Positions 1 through 8,191 of a DNA stretch of 64,000 nt are shown piece after piece. Location of the stretch: positions 7,761 to 71,760 of the IMG/VR virus record IMGVR_UViG_3300036828_000413; one strand, 5' to 3'. The notes beneath the pieces were generated by a model, which worked only from the letters and a program-made list of their open reading frames with translations, was not told the DNA's origin and ran no database searches. The position numbers and the translations under genes are program-made. The DNA is from a virus. The stretch's first letter is position 1, and the number at the start of each line of letters is the position of its first letter.

Positions 1-267
1 AAGACGAGCAAGAAGGCTCGCAAGACTGCCAAGACCACTAAAGCGGTCACGCGCAGCAGGGTCGTGGATGCCGCGCGTGACTCAAAGATCATCGCGGCGC
101 TGAAGAAGGGCGTGACCACCTCCCAGTTCCGAGATGACCTGGGCGTCTACACTTCGGGCTCCATGCTGAGCAACCTGAAGCCGGTTGCCAAGCGCCACAA
201 CCTGAAGATCAAGCAGGAAGGCACCAAGGGCAAGTACGTCTACAAGTTCGTCGGCTCTGGCAAGTAA
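1..267 (+). CDS. Lys-rich putative DNA-binding protein (DUF3489-like), 5' truncated
   Basis: Frame open from base 1. KTSKKARKTAK N-terminus and a basic C-terminal domain ending KGKYVYKF. Confidence 0.5.
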   Translation, partial: KTSKKARKTAKTTKAVTRSRVVDAARDSKIIAALKKGVTTSQFRDDLGVYTSGSMLSNLKPVAKRHNLKIKQEGTKGKYVYKFVGSGK

Positions 268-289
268 GTCGGGACCTCCTTTCACCTTC

Positions 290-330
290 CTGCTCTGTGG
301 GGACCACGCCCCACAGGGCAGAACTTTTTT
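290..330 (+). terminator. Rho-independent terminator
   Basis: CTGCTCTGTGGGG/CCCCACAGGGCAG stem followed by AACTTTTTT, just after a stop codon. Confidence 0.7.
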
Positions 331-351
331 GAAGGGAGACCCTATGGATTA

Positions 352-414
352 TTCCGACACTGCACTCCCCCAGCGGGAGTGCAGCACGGAGCAATCACGC
401 TCCACTAAGCAAGC
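352..414 (+). promoter_or_regulatory. Structured early leader repeat, copy 1
   Basis: TTCCG-ACA-stem(CTGCACTCCC/GGGAGTGCAG)-CA-CGGAGC..GCTCC-AAGCAAGC, then RBS and ATG 431. Confidence 0.75.
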
Positions 415-430
415 AAAAAGGACTACGACT

Positions 431-631
431 ATGTCAATCATCGCATTCATTCTGGCCATCATCTACGTCGTCTGGCTCAACCGGCTGATCAGCTTCGGGG
501 TCAAGACGGCCATGCGGATCGCCACGGCCACCGAGGCCTCCGCTCGCAACACGGCCATCCTGGTCGAGATGGCCCAGGCGAGGGCCGGTCACCTGGGCTA
601 CGACGCAGTGGCAAGGGAGCTCGCCCAATGA
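431..631 (+). CDS. Small membrane protein
   Basis: AAGGA RBS. N-terminal hydrophobic helix MSIIAFILAIIYVVWL. Confidence 0.7.
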   Translation: MSIIAFILAIIYVVWLNRLISFGVKTAMRIATATEASARNTAILVEMAQARAGHLGYDAVARELAQ

Positions 632-792
632 CCAATCAAGAGTACTGGGATTTCAATCTCACCCACAAGGGGCGGGCCAAGATGCTTACGCTGCTTGGCC
701 GCGCCCTCGGCTTCCAATTCAAACAGTGGAGTGACCTGCCTGAGGACCTCAGGCAGCAACTCGAAATCCTATGGAGGAGACACATATCATGA
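628..792 (+). CDS. Hypothetical protein (54 aa, below ORF-track cutoff)
   Basis: ATGA overlaps at both ends. Reads MTNQEYWDFNLTHKGRAK... Confidence 0.6.
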   Translation: MTNQEYWDFNLTHKGRAKMLTLLGRALGFQFKQWSDLPEDLRQQLEILWRRHIS

Positions 793-1031
793 AGATCACC
801 TACGAGAACAAGGACCAACTCGACGTCCACGAGTACGAGACCCACAAGTGGTCCGCAGAGGCCTCCACGCTCGGCCTCAAACCGGGCGAGTGGCCCCGCA
901 CCATAGAGACCACGCTCGGCAATGGCATGGTGTTCATCGCCCAGCGCCGGGAGGTCCGAGACGGGGACCTCCTGTGGGTCGACTACTTCCAGGGCAACGG
1001 CTGCATCAGCCTTCGCATCTACAACGACTAA
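789..1031 (+). CDS. Hypothetical protein
   Basis: GGAGA RBS, ATGA coupling to the previous gene. Confidence 0.7.
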   Translation: MKITYENKDQLDVHEYETHKWSAEASTLGLKPGEWPRTIETTLGNGMVFIAQRREVRDGDLLWVDYFQGNGCISLRIYND

Positions 1032-1045
1032 AGGAGGAGTGACCA

Positions 1046-1303
1046 ATGATGAAGATAGGAGACGTGCTGGCAATGAAGAATGGATCCACGAGGGCAAAGT
1101 ACTGGATGTCCCCGGTCCCGGTGTTTGATGACTTCGGGTCCAAGATCGAGGACGTCATGTACGACGGCAAGACGAGGATGGGACCGTGGGCCCTGATGAC
1201 CCCGGCCTCATGGCTCGCCTACGGCGTGGGCCGGACCGGCACGGGCTGCGGCCAGAAGTACAAGAAGGTCCCCGGCGGGAAGTGGCTCAAGGTGGAGGGA
1301 TAG
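1046..1303 (+). CDS. Conserved phage hypothetical protein
   Basis: GGAGG RBS. DGKTRMGPWALM..G.G.GTG.GQKY pattern recalled from phage proteins. Confidence 0.7.
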   Translation: MMKIGDVLAMKNGSTRAKYWMSPVPVFDDFGSKIEDVMYDGKTRMGPWALMTPASWLAYGVGRTGTGCGQKYKKVPGGKWLKVEG

Positions 1304-1304
1304 G

Positions 1305-1541
1305 ATGACTGAAGACCGAACTACCGAACTGGCCGTGCTCAACCTGGTTAGCGCCATGGACAAGCGGCAGCGACTCGAGCTTCTGCGGGAGGTCGTTGAT
1401 AACATGGCCGAGCGCGGGGACGCGGAGGAGATGGCCGACTTCGTCCTGGCCCAGCTGGGCGGGGACGCGGTCCAGGTCTGCTCAGAATGGCTGGGCATCA
1501 AGACGACCGTCGAGGACTGGCTGAACAGGAGGACTAAGTGA
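1305..1541 (+). CDS. Hypothetical protein
   Basis: GGAGG RBS, tight operon packing. Confidence 0.65.
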   Translation: MTEDRTTELAVLNLVSAMDKRQRLELLREVVDNMAERGDAEEMADFVLAQLGGDAVQVCSEWLGIKTTVEDWLNRRTK

Positions 1542-1692
1542 CCAAGAAGAAACTGAAGACCAGAGCCGAGATGGTTCACTTCCTCTACGGGCGAGGAATG
1601 AGCTGCGAGGAGCTGGTCGTGATGACCGACCTGGAGATCAAGGACGGCTATGAGTTCGCCCTTGAGATGGATAAGAAGGACAGGAGAGCCAA

Positions 1693-1908
1693 GTGACACC
1701 GAGAGAACTAGAGGAGATAGCCCGGGGTGCGGTCGAGCGCAACCTCGGGGACGTGGCCGCAGACTACGAGAGCGAGGAGGCGGCCGCCGACGCCATCTAC
1801 GACGAGGCCTACACCCTGGCCTATGACGCACTGCACGACGCGGGGGTGGACGATCCCACCGCCCGCAGGATAGCCCAGAGCGTGGCCCAGTGCTACGCCC
1901 AACCGTAA
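1693..1908 (+). CDS. Acidic hypothetical protein
   Basis: AGGAG RBS, GTG start. Confidence 0.65.
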   Translation: MTPRELEEIARGAVERNLGDVAADYESEEAAADAIYDEAYTLAYDALHDAGVDDPTARRIAQSVAQCYAQP

Positions 1909-1911
1909 GTC

Positions 1912-1973
1912 CATCGACCCTGCCCTCCCCTTGCCGGAGGGCAGTACGATGCACTTCGCATCGCATAAGCAAG
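1912..1973 (+). promoter_or_regulatory. Structured early leader repeat, copy 2
   Basis: CATCG-ACC-stem(CTGCCCTCC/GGAGGGCAG)-TA-CGATGC..GCATCG-AAGCAAG, then RBS and ATG 1988. Confidence 0.75.
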
Positions 1974-1987
1974 AAAGGAACTATCAC

Positions 1988-2644
1988 ATGGCACCAAGAA
2001 AGAAGAAGGAGGTGGCGATTATCCCGCCTCAACAACCCGTAGAGACACTCGTCTCTTGGGACCAAGCGATCAAGCGAGGCAAGGAATGCCTCGTCAGGGC
2101 TAGCGACATCCAGTGGGAGCTGGGTGAGCTGGCCGACCGCATAGAGCCAAAGTACGGAGACGAGACCCTAAAGAAGTTTGCGGAGGAGCTAACGGTTAGT
2201 CCGCTTACATTGAGAAACTATCGAGCCGTTTTCCGCGCATTTCCACAAAAAAACCTACGTAGGTTTAATTCATTTGGGGTCTGTGCAGTCTTCGCATCTC
2301 AAGAGGATCGTCTCAAGCTCGTAGCCAAGAGGACATGGACTGTGACCGAGGCGAACAAATTTATCAAGGCCCGTAAAGAGAAGTTACTGGAGAAGGCAAA
2401 CAACGAGCGAGGCCCAGACACAGTAGAGGAAGAAGATGAGCAAACAGAAAATCCAGAGGAGAGGTGGCAGAGGAGCTTGAGCAATTACACGGGAGACATC
2501 TTGGCCATGACCAGCCTCTGGAAGAAGCAGTTTGGAGACTGGAGGAAGTTCAAAGTGCCCTCCGACTTGATGAAGCTCGCATTACAGGCCGAGGAAATAT
2601 GGTCTGAACTTGTACACGAACTTAGGGAGAAAACAGATGGCTAG
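1988..2644 (+). CDS. Hypothetical protein, possible DNA-binding (W.LG...KYG..L..FA...L.NYR pattern)
   Basis: GAAAGGAA RBS. Pattern resembles DUF1016-N-like helical domains. Confidence 0.6.
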   Translation: MAPRKKKEVAIIPPQQPVETLVSWDQAIKRGKECLVRASDIQWELGELADRIEPKYGDETLKKFAEELTVSPLTLRNYRAVFRAFPQKNLRRFNSFGVCAVFASQEDRLKLVAKRTWTVTEANKFIKARKEKLLEKANNERGPDTVEEEDEQTENPEERWQRSLSNYTGDILAMTSLWKKQFGDWRKFKVPSDLMKLALQAEEIWSELVHELREKTDG

Positions 2645-3188
2645 ACGAAAGTCCTACACGAGAATTTACTATGGTCCAGAGGGCCACGAGCGAGACCTGT
2701 GGTGGACCGTAGAGGTAAGGGACGCCACCAAGGCGGTCAAGATCAATGGAAAATTGATCCACGCCATAGAGGGCCAAGCGGGTACTACCGTTGGATGCTC
2801 TATGTCGAACACTGCAGTGGATTTGGACAACGTGGGAGAGTTTCCTCACTCGGTCTATCTGGCTGCCTTTACTCGCAGTCGAGCCTTCGTAGTCGACAAG
2901 ATCAAGAATGGCGCTCCGAGTAGTGCGGTCAAATACAGACACAGCTACGGAGACATTATCGATCTGAACGACGGTAAGGCTCTCGAGCGTATAGCTAAGA
3001 AAGACCCATCAATCATAGAGCGAGAGTTTGTGTTGATGGTTCCGAAAAAGCGCACTCCAAAATCTCTCCTGCCTGGACCAGGATTGACCAAGACAGGCAT
3101 CACCACCAAGGCATTCGTTCCTCGAGGCGCGCTCAGGCGAGCTCAGAAGGCTGGACTTATCAGCCAGGGAGTAAGGATTAGAAAATGA
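2637..3188 (+). CDS. Hypothetical protein
   Basis: GGAG RBS, overlaps the previous stop. Confidence 0.7.
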   Translation: MARRKSYTRIYYGPEGHERDLWWTVEVRDATKAVKINGKLIHAIEGQAGTTVGCSMSNTAVDLDNVGEFPHSVYLAAFTRSRAFVVDKIKNGAPSSAVKYRHSYGDIIDLNDGKALERIAKKDPSIIEREFVLMVPKKRTPKSLLPGPGLTKTGITTKAFVPRGALRRAQKAGLISQGVRIRK

Positions 3189-3388
3189 AGAATGAAGACG
3201 AGGGCAGGCTGTGGGAGGTCACGCTGATGGCCAGCGTGTTTGCCAACCGCCCCAGCCTTACCAAGCTGGTCCGGGTCCGCGCCTGGACCGGGGCTGGGGC
3301 TGAGCTCAAGGCGGTCGAGCTGAACCCAGACTGGAGACCAGTCGTCCGCCACACCAAGATCGTAGAGCAACCACTAAAGAGGAGGTAA
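3185..3388 (+). CDS. Hypothetical protein
   Basis: ATGA coupling. Confidence 0.6.
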   Translation: MKNEDEGRLWEVTLMASVFANRPSLTKLVRVRAWTGAGAELKAVELNPDWRPVVRHTKIVEQPLKRR

Positions 3389-3394
3389 AGAGTC

Positions 3395-3604
3395 GTGACT
3401 TTAATAGCGAAGTACCCAACGAAGCAGGCGGCCAAGGAGGCCGTCGGCCAGAAGCTGAAGTACCAAGAGACGAGCCTGTTCGGAGCTGAGTATCGAGATG
3501 ACGGCCGGCTCACCGTTGCCAACCGCCCGCTCATAACGGGACTGGGCAGGGAGTGGTTCGGCATCATAACGATGAGAAACGGCAGGATAGTCAAGGTCGA
3601 GTAG
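3395..3604 (+). CDS. Conserved phage hypothetical protein
   Basis: GGAGG RBS. YPTK..KE.VG..L.Y.ETS.FG.EY pattern. Confidence 0.7.
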   Translation: MTLIAKYPTKQAAKEAVGQKLKYQETSLFGAEYRDDGRLTVANRPLITGLGREWFGIITMRNGRIVKVE

Positions 3605-3606
3605 TT

Positions 3607-3684
3607 CATCGACGGGACGGCCGGGAGCTGGGGTCATAGGACCGGCCGTCCAACGATGCACTCCCGCATCACCAAGCAAGCAAG
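3607..3684 (+). promoter_or_regulatory. Structured early leader repeat, copy 3
   Basis: CATCG-ACG-stem(GGACGGCCGG/CCGGCCGTCC)-AA-CGATGC..GCATC-AAGCAAGCAAG, then RBS and ATG 3700. Confidence 0.7.
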
Positions 3685-3699
3685 ACAGGAGACTAGAGT

Positions 3700-3897
3700 A
3701 TGGCTAAGGCGACCACGAACAACGACAACGGCAAGTCCATATCGGTCAAGATGACATTGGCCAAGACGACCAAGGGCACGTACGTGTACAACTCCGTAGA
3801 CAGCTCGGCTGCCATCAGGTCGGTGTACATCAACAAGGATGGGATGCCGGACGGGGCCTGGCAGACGATCCGCATGAACGTCGTGGAGGAGAAGTAG
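3700..3897 (+). CDS. Hypothetical protein
   Basis: AGGAG RBS, directly after leader copy 3. Confidence 0.7.
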   Translation: MAKATTNNDNGKSISVKMTLAKTTKGTYVYNSVDSSAAIRSVYINKDGMPDGAWQTIRMNVVEEK

Positions 3898-3898
3898 C

Positions 3899-4096
3899 GT
3901 GCACTGGAAGGTCAGACTAGACGACCAGAATGGCCGGTTCTGGCTGGAAGAGGACCGCAAGTGGTCCGACTCTACCGACCGCGCCCAGAGGTTCACCACG
4001 GAGAGGGAGGCCGACCTGGCCGCATCCAGGGCCAGGGCCTCGGCCGCAAAGTCCGAGGATTGGTTTCCCAAGATCAGGGTGGTGGTGTTCAAATGA
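3899..4096 (+). CDS. Hypothetical protein
   Basis: GGAGG RBS, GTG start. Confidence 0.6.
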   Translation: MHWKVRLDDQNGRFWLEEDRKWSDSTDRAQRFTTEREADLAASRARASAAKSEDWFPKIRVVVFK

Positions 4097-4281
4097 TCAA
4101 CGAGGAGGGACAGCAGTGGCTCGCAGAGGCGGCCTATGAGCACTTTCGAGAAAGAGTTACCAGAGAGCAGATGGCCGACATGATCGACATGCTGCTCTCG
4201 GACAAGGAGTCATCACCGCTGCTGAAGAAAGTGGTCCTTCGCATGGCCATGATCTTCAGCTCCAAAGAGGGACACTCGTAA
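4093..4281 (+). CDS. Hypothetical protein
   Basis: ATGA coupling. Confidence 0.55.
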   Translation: MINEEGQQWLAEAAYEHFRERVTREQMADMIDMLLSDKESSPLLKKVVLRMAMIFSSKEGHS

Positions 4282-4298
4282 CGAAGGGGACTGGGATT

Positions 4299-4508
4299 AT
4301 GGACGACCGGACTGCGACGACGACTGTGACTAGAGAGCAACTAGCCGAGGCCATCGAGCTGGCCGAGGCGAGACTGAAGCAACTGCACAACTGGGCATTG
4401 ACCAGGCAGATAGCCCGGCTGAGAGACCTCGAGGCCAGGCTCCTGGAGCTGGAGGCCTGGGAGGCAGAGCCCAGGCTGCTCAGGCCTGGGGAGTACTCGG
4501 GACTATAG
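4299..4508 (+). CDS. Small coiled-coil protein
   Basis: Heptad-like L/E/R-rich sequence. Confidence 0.55.
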   Translation: MDDRTATTTVTREQLAEAIELAEARLKQLHNWALTRQIARLRDLEARLLELEAWEAEPRLLRPGEYSGL

Positions 4509-4512
4509 GATT

Positions 4513-4575
4513 GTATCGGGCCTGCACTCCCTCCGGGGAGTGCAGTGCGATGCAATTCCGCATCAATAAGCAAGC
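4513..4575 (+). promoter_or_regulatory. Structured early leader repeat, copy 4
   Basis: GTATCG-GGC-stem(CTGCACTCCC/GGGAGTGCAG)-TG-CGATGC..GCATC-AAGCAAGC, then ATG 4592. Confidence 0.75.
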
Positions 4576-4591
4576 AAAGAAAGAGACGACA

Positions 4592-5344
4592 ATGAGAAAG
4601 GTTTTGATGACTACCGTCGCGGCAGCGTCCCTCCTCTGCGGAGGGGCCAGTGCTGAGACCCTCGTGGTCCAGGCCAACGACGGATACATGAACATCCGTA
4701 CGGGTCCAGGGACGAACTACTCCCTGGTCGGGACGGTGCCCAACGGCAAGAGGATCAGCTGGTCGGGTCCGGCCACCTGCGTCAGGCGGCAGGATGGGAT
4801 CGCCGGCGCTGACTGGTGCAAGGTCAACGTGTACAATGGCCAGCTGGCCCCGGTCGGGAGCTACTACAACCAGACGGGCTGGGTCTCTCGTGCAGGCCTC
4901 ATGCCGGTCTACGAGGACGAGACGCCCGCCCATCCCCGGGCGAGCGCTGATCCTTTGGGCATAGACAACCAAGACGCGCTCGTCTGCGACCGTCCCCAGA
5001 TCATGCTGGGCGACGACCGCGATCCCAACCCGGTCACGTGGATCGAGGTCTCGTATGTCCAGGCGGACCACGCCTGGCGCATCTTCCACCACTTCCAAAA
5101 TGGTGGCGTAGTCTCCAGGTCGGAGCAGTACGCGATCGTCGATGAGACCAACCCGAGCAAGTTCCAGTGGAGTGGAAGCCTAAACCGCAATCGCTCCCTG
5201 TACATGGTCGGCGAGGTGAAGCGCGACGGGTACTACTACGAGTGGCTCTACGACCGCTCGCACGGCAACCGGCTGGATATGTCCACGCGGTCCAAGTGCC
5301 GCCTGGCCCATCCCGAGCTGGCCATACCCCACCCTGCATCGTGA
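4592..5344 (+). CDS. Secreted protein with bacterial SH3 (SH3b) domain
   Basis: Sec signal MRKVLMTTVAAASLLCGGASA. DGYMNIRTGPGTNY...WCKV...TGWVS matches the SH3b pattern. Confidence 0.75.
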   Translation: MRKVLMTTVAAASLLCGGASAETLVVQANDGYMNIRTGPGTNYSLVGTVPNGKRISWSGPATCVRRQDGIAGADWCKVNVYNGQLAPVGSYYNQTGWVSRAGLMPVYEDETPAHPRASADPLGIDNQDALVCDRPQIMLGDDRDPNPVTWIEVSYVQADHAWRIFHHFQNGGVVSRSEQYAIVDETNPSKFQWSGSLNRNRSLYMVGEVKRDGYYYEWLYDRSHGNRLDMSTRSKCRLAHPELAIPHPAS

Positions 5345-5352
5345 GGTGAGAG

Positions 5353-5844
5353 ATGATCAGCACCAGAGCAAACCAGTCGGCCCTGCTGAAGAGCAAGGTC
5401 GACCAGCTGGAGCACAGGCTGAGGGAGCTGGAGGCGTCGGCCGTAGAGATACGGTCGATGATCAGCCGGGTGGAGGCCAGTCCTCCGCTCTCGCCCTCCT
5501 CCTTCCTGGCTCCGCACCCGGCGCCCGAGCAGCGGTCGCCCAGTGTCCCGATCTTGAAGAAGAATGGGCAGGTGCTCAAGAAGGCCCTGCCCCCACCCCC
5601 ACCCAGGGTCAAGGTAGTCAAGATCAAGAAGGGCCACCGCAAGACCAAGTTCACCACCGAGGTCATGGCCAAGATCGAGGCCTGGGTCGCAGAGGGACTG
5701 ACCAGGCTCCAGATCGCAGATCGACTTGGGACCACCCTGGGCAGTCTCCAGGTCTCGTGCTCCAGAAAGGGCGTGAGCCTGTGGGCCAAGAACCGCGCCC
5801 GCAGGCGAGAGGTCGTGATCATCAAGCAAGAGGAGGCCGCGTGA
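5353..5844 (+). CDS. Coiled-coil plus C-terminal HTH protein
   Basis: EGLTRLQIADRLGTTLGSLQVSCSRKGVSL is HTH-like. Confidence 0.65.
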   Translation: MISTRANQSALLKSKVDQLEHRLRELEASAVEIRSMISRVEASPPLSPSSFLAPHPAPEQRSPSVPILKKNGQVLKKALPPPPPRVKVVKIKKGHRKTKFTTEVMAKIEAWVAEGLTRLQIADRLGTTLGSLQVSCSRKGVSLWAKNRARRREVVIIKQEEAA

Positions 5845-6215
5845 TGGCAAGAATAAAGCAATATGATGTCGACTATGTAGGCCACGGAAGCTGGGACTCG
5901 TTCGTCAAGCTGCGGGGCCGGATCATCACCGAAGCCCCTGTGGTCTGGGATGTGGACCGTGAGAGTGAGAGCCTACTGACTTGGCGCAAGACCAAGCGGG
6001 ACGCCCTTCACCTGCTCAAGGAAGTGAAGACCTTCCCGGTGGCAGTGTGCTACAAGCCACCAGACTTCGAGAACATCAGAGAGAGCTCGAGCGACAACAT
6101 CTATAGACTGCTGACCGTAACCGCAGTTGAAATATCTGACAAGTCACGAACGAGGTCGGACCTCTATCCCGACGCCCACGCGGTGACTTGCAAGATAGAA
6201 AGAGAGGGGCTGTGA
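5844..6215 (+). CDS. Hypothetical protein
   Basis: GGAGG RBS, TGATG coupling. Confidence 0.6.
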   Translation: MARIKQYDVDYVGHGSWDSFVKLRGRIITEAPVVWDVDRESESLLTWRKTKRDALHLLKEVKTFPVAVCYKPPDFENIRESSSDNIYRLLTVTAVEISDKSRTRSDLYPDAHAVTCKIEREGL

Positions 6216-6411
6216 GGTACAGGGTCGTCTTCGAGATCGAGAGCAAGATGTCCAAGAGGGATGTGAGCCAGGCGTTGCTCAACGGCTTCCTGAAGGACAG
6301 AGGGGACATGTTCGTCCCCTCGTCCTGCGGGGAGCTGATCTACCTGGCCGTCGAGCAGGTCGAGAACCAGATGCTCTTCGAGCACGCAACTCTGTTTGGG
6401 AGTAGGATCAG

Positions 6412-6633
6412 ATGACAGGCTACGTGACGGCAATGGGCCACTGCTTCGGGTGCGGCAGGATATTCAGCTTCAACCCGGTGAGGGTCCCGTCGATAACGAT
6501 CAACGGGACCAGGGAGCCGATCTGCGCTGGCTGCGTAGAGCGGGCCAACCCCCTGAGGGTCAAGAATGGACTGCCGCCGATCATCCCGGCGTCAGACGCG
6601 TACGAGGGCTGCGACGAGGGAGAGCTGGAGTGA
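6412..6633 (+). CDS. Small Cys-rich (CxxC..CxxC) protein
   Basis: CFGC and CAGC motifs, ATGA coupling. Confidence 0.65.
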   Translation: MTGYVTAMGHCFGCGRIFSFNPVRVPSITINGTREPICAGCVERANPLRVKNGLPPIIPASDAYEGCDEGELE

Positions 6634-6645
6634 TCAAGATTTACG

Positions 6646-6929
6646 CGATGTTGTGTCTGCCATTGATACCGCTTCGCAACGGTAGATTTTTCGGCCTAGT
6701 CTGTGCCGAGAATTATGCACGCGGTGGCAGATCGATTCTGCTCGGCGTGTTCAAGAGGGGGTGGGTGGCGGCCGCCTTGCTGTTGGCAGCCTCCGACTTC
6801 CCAACCGTCCGCTTCTATGACCGGAGCGGGCGGAGCGTGGGTACGACCACCACCTATTCGGGTGGCCAGACCAAGGTGTACGATGAGCGCGGTCGCCTCG
6901 TGGGGACCGCAGCAAGGAGACCAAAGTGA
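6646..6929 (+). CDS. Hypothetical protein with YD..GR..G beta repeats; start uncertain
   Basis: FYDRSGRSVG / VYDERGRLVG repeat after a hydrophobic stretch. Confidence 0.45.
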
Positions 6930-7156
6930 TTACCGAGGTAGAGATATTCAAGGGCAGGTGGCTCGGGCGTCTCCTGGAGGAGGGGCCGGAGCAGAGCCTG
7001 ATCAAGATCACCAAGGGACCGGCCCACATGGTCGGGCTGGTCCAGTGCTTGATGAATGCAGACTGGGAGAGAGTAAGTGAAAGAAAAAGTCCTGGACGCT
7101 TGCGCGGACGGGAGTATGATGGAACGCGAGCTGGGACCAAAACCAAGGAGAGCCGC

Positions 7157-7819
7157 ATGAGCGATGAGAGCGTACAATCGACAGAGCCAGAGGTGAAGGT
7201 GAACTACGTCGAGAAGTACAACGAGCTCGTCGCGGAGGCGGTAGAGATAGGACTGACTGCCAAGCCCATCTCTACTCGCTTCCGGGACACAGAGACTGGG
7301 ATCAAACGCTGCGAGGCCCTGGTCAATGCGATCGCCGCCCACAGGGAGAAGATCGCGTCTGGAGAAGTAGCAGCACCCCCGCCGGAGGCGGAGACTGAAC
7401 AGCAGTCACCGACCCCCGCGAAACCAGAGAGGAAGAAGAAGATGGCAAAGAGTTCGGCAAAGAAGAAGGAGAGGGTGGCCGCACCCAAGAAGGCCGCGAA
7501 GAAGGCGACCACGGCGGCCCCAAAGACCAACTCCCAGCTTAGCGGGGTCGAGGCGGAGTTCTGCGACAAGGGCGGCACGCTCCGTGGCAAGGCGGTGGTC
7601 TACCTCCACGGAAAGAAGAACAAGAAGGTCCCGCTCGCTGAGCTCTACCGCCACGTGTACGACGGGAAGCCCGGGGATGCGGCCAGCATGGTCAAGCTCA
7701 AGACCGTGATCATGGGCATCTCCATGCGGATCGAGGACGGCAAGCTGCCCTACAGAGTGGAGTACGACGGCAAGGGCGAGGACCTGACCGTCATGCTCGG
7801 AACCAAGAGCGGGAGGTGA
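7157..7819 (+). CDS. Protein with histone H1-like Lys/Ala linker, putative DNA-binding
   Basis: AAGGAG RBS before ATG 7157. Contains AAPKKAAKKATTAAPK. Frame is open from 6926. Confidence 0.65.
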   Translation: MSDESVQSTEPEVKVNYVEKYNELVAEAVEIGLTAKPISTRFRDTETGIKRCEALVNAIAAHREKIASGEVAAPPPEAETEQQSPTPAKPERKKKMAKSSAKKKERVAAPKKAAKKATTAAPKTNSQLSGVEAEFCDKGGTLRGKAVVYLHGKKNKKVPLAELYRHVYDGKPGDAASMVKLKTVIMGISMRIEDGKLPYRVEYDGKGEDLTVMLGTKSGR

Positions 7820-7891
7820 TCCACGCGAGATAGTACCCAAGGCCCCAGCGAGAGCTGGGGCCATCACTGTATCCAGAGAGGGAGATCCAGA

Positions 7892-8191
7892 ATGAGAGCG
7901 AAGACCAGGGCGATGCCGTGGACGGCCACGGAGAGTATTGTGATCGAGCGGATCATAGACCGCGCCATATTCATGTTTCCAGACAGAGAGAGGCAGGATG
8001 TATTCATGGACATCACCGCGACCATCATGGGCGGGTGCAGGCTGAGGCTCGATGACTGGCTGGCCTCCGACGATGAAAACTTCACCCACGACCTCGTGGG
8101 GATCGAGCTCCACCTCAACCGCCAGACCTTCCGATTGGGTGACTGCTTCCTGCCGAGATTTGCGACGCCACGGGTGGAGGTCTTCAAATGA
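7892..8191 (+). CDS. Conserved phage protein (DUF6874-like)
   Basis: MDITAT...LRLDDWL..DD.NF.HD..GI..HLNR.T..L..CFLPRF pattern. Confidence 0.7.
   Translation: MRAKTRAMPWTATESIVIERIIDRAIFMFPDRERQDVFMDITATIMGGCRLRLDDWLASDDENFTHDLVGIELHLNRQTFRLGDCFLPRFATPRVEVFK

Noticed and set aside
352-4575. Leader repeats as a CRISPR array or integron attC sites
   Set aside because: The copies are separated by whole genes and diverge in sequence. No cas or integrase gene is seen, and no GTTRRRY/RYYYAAC ends.
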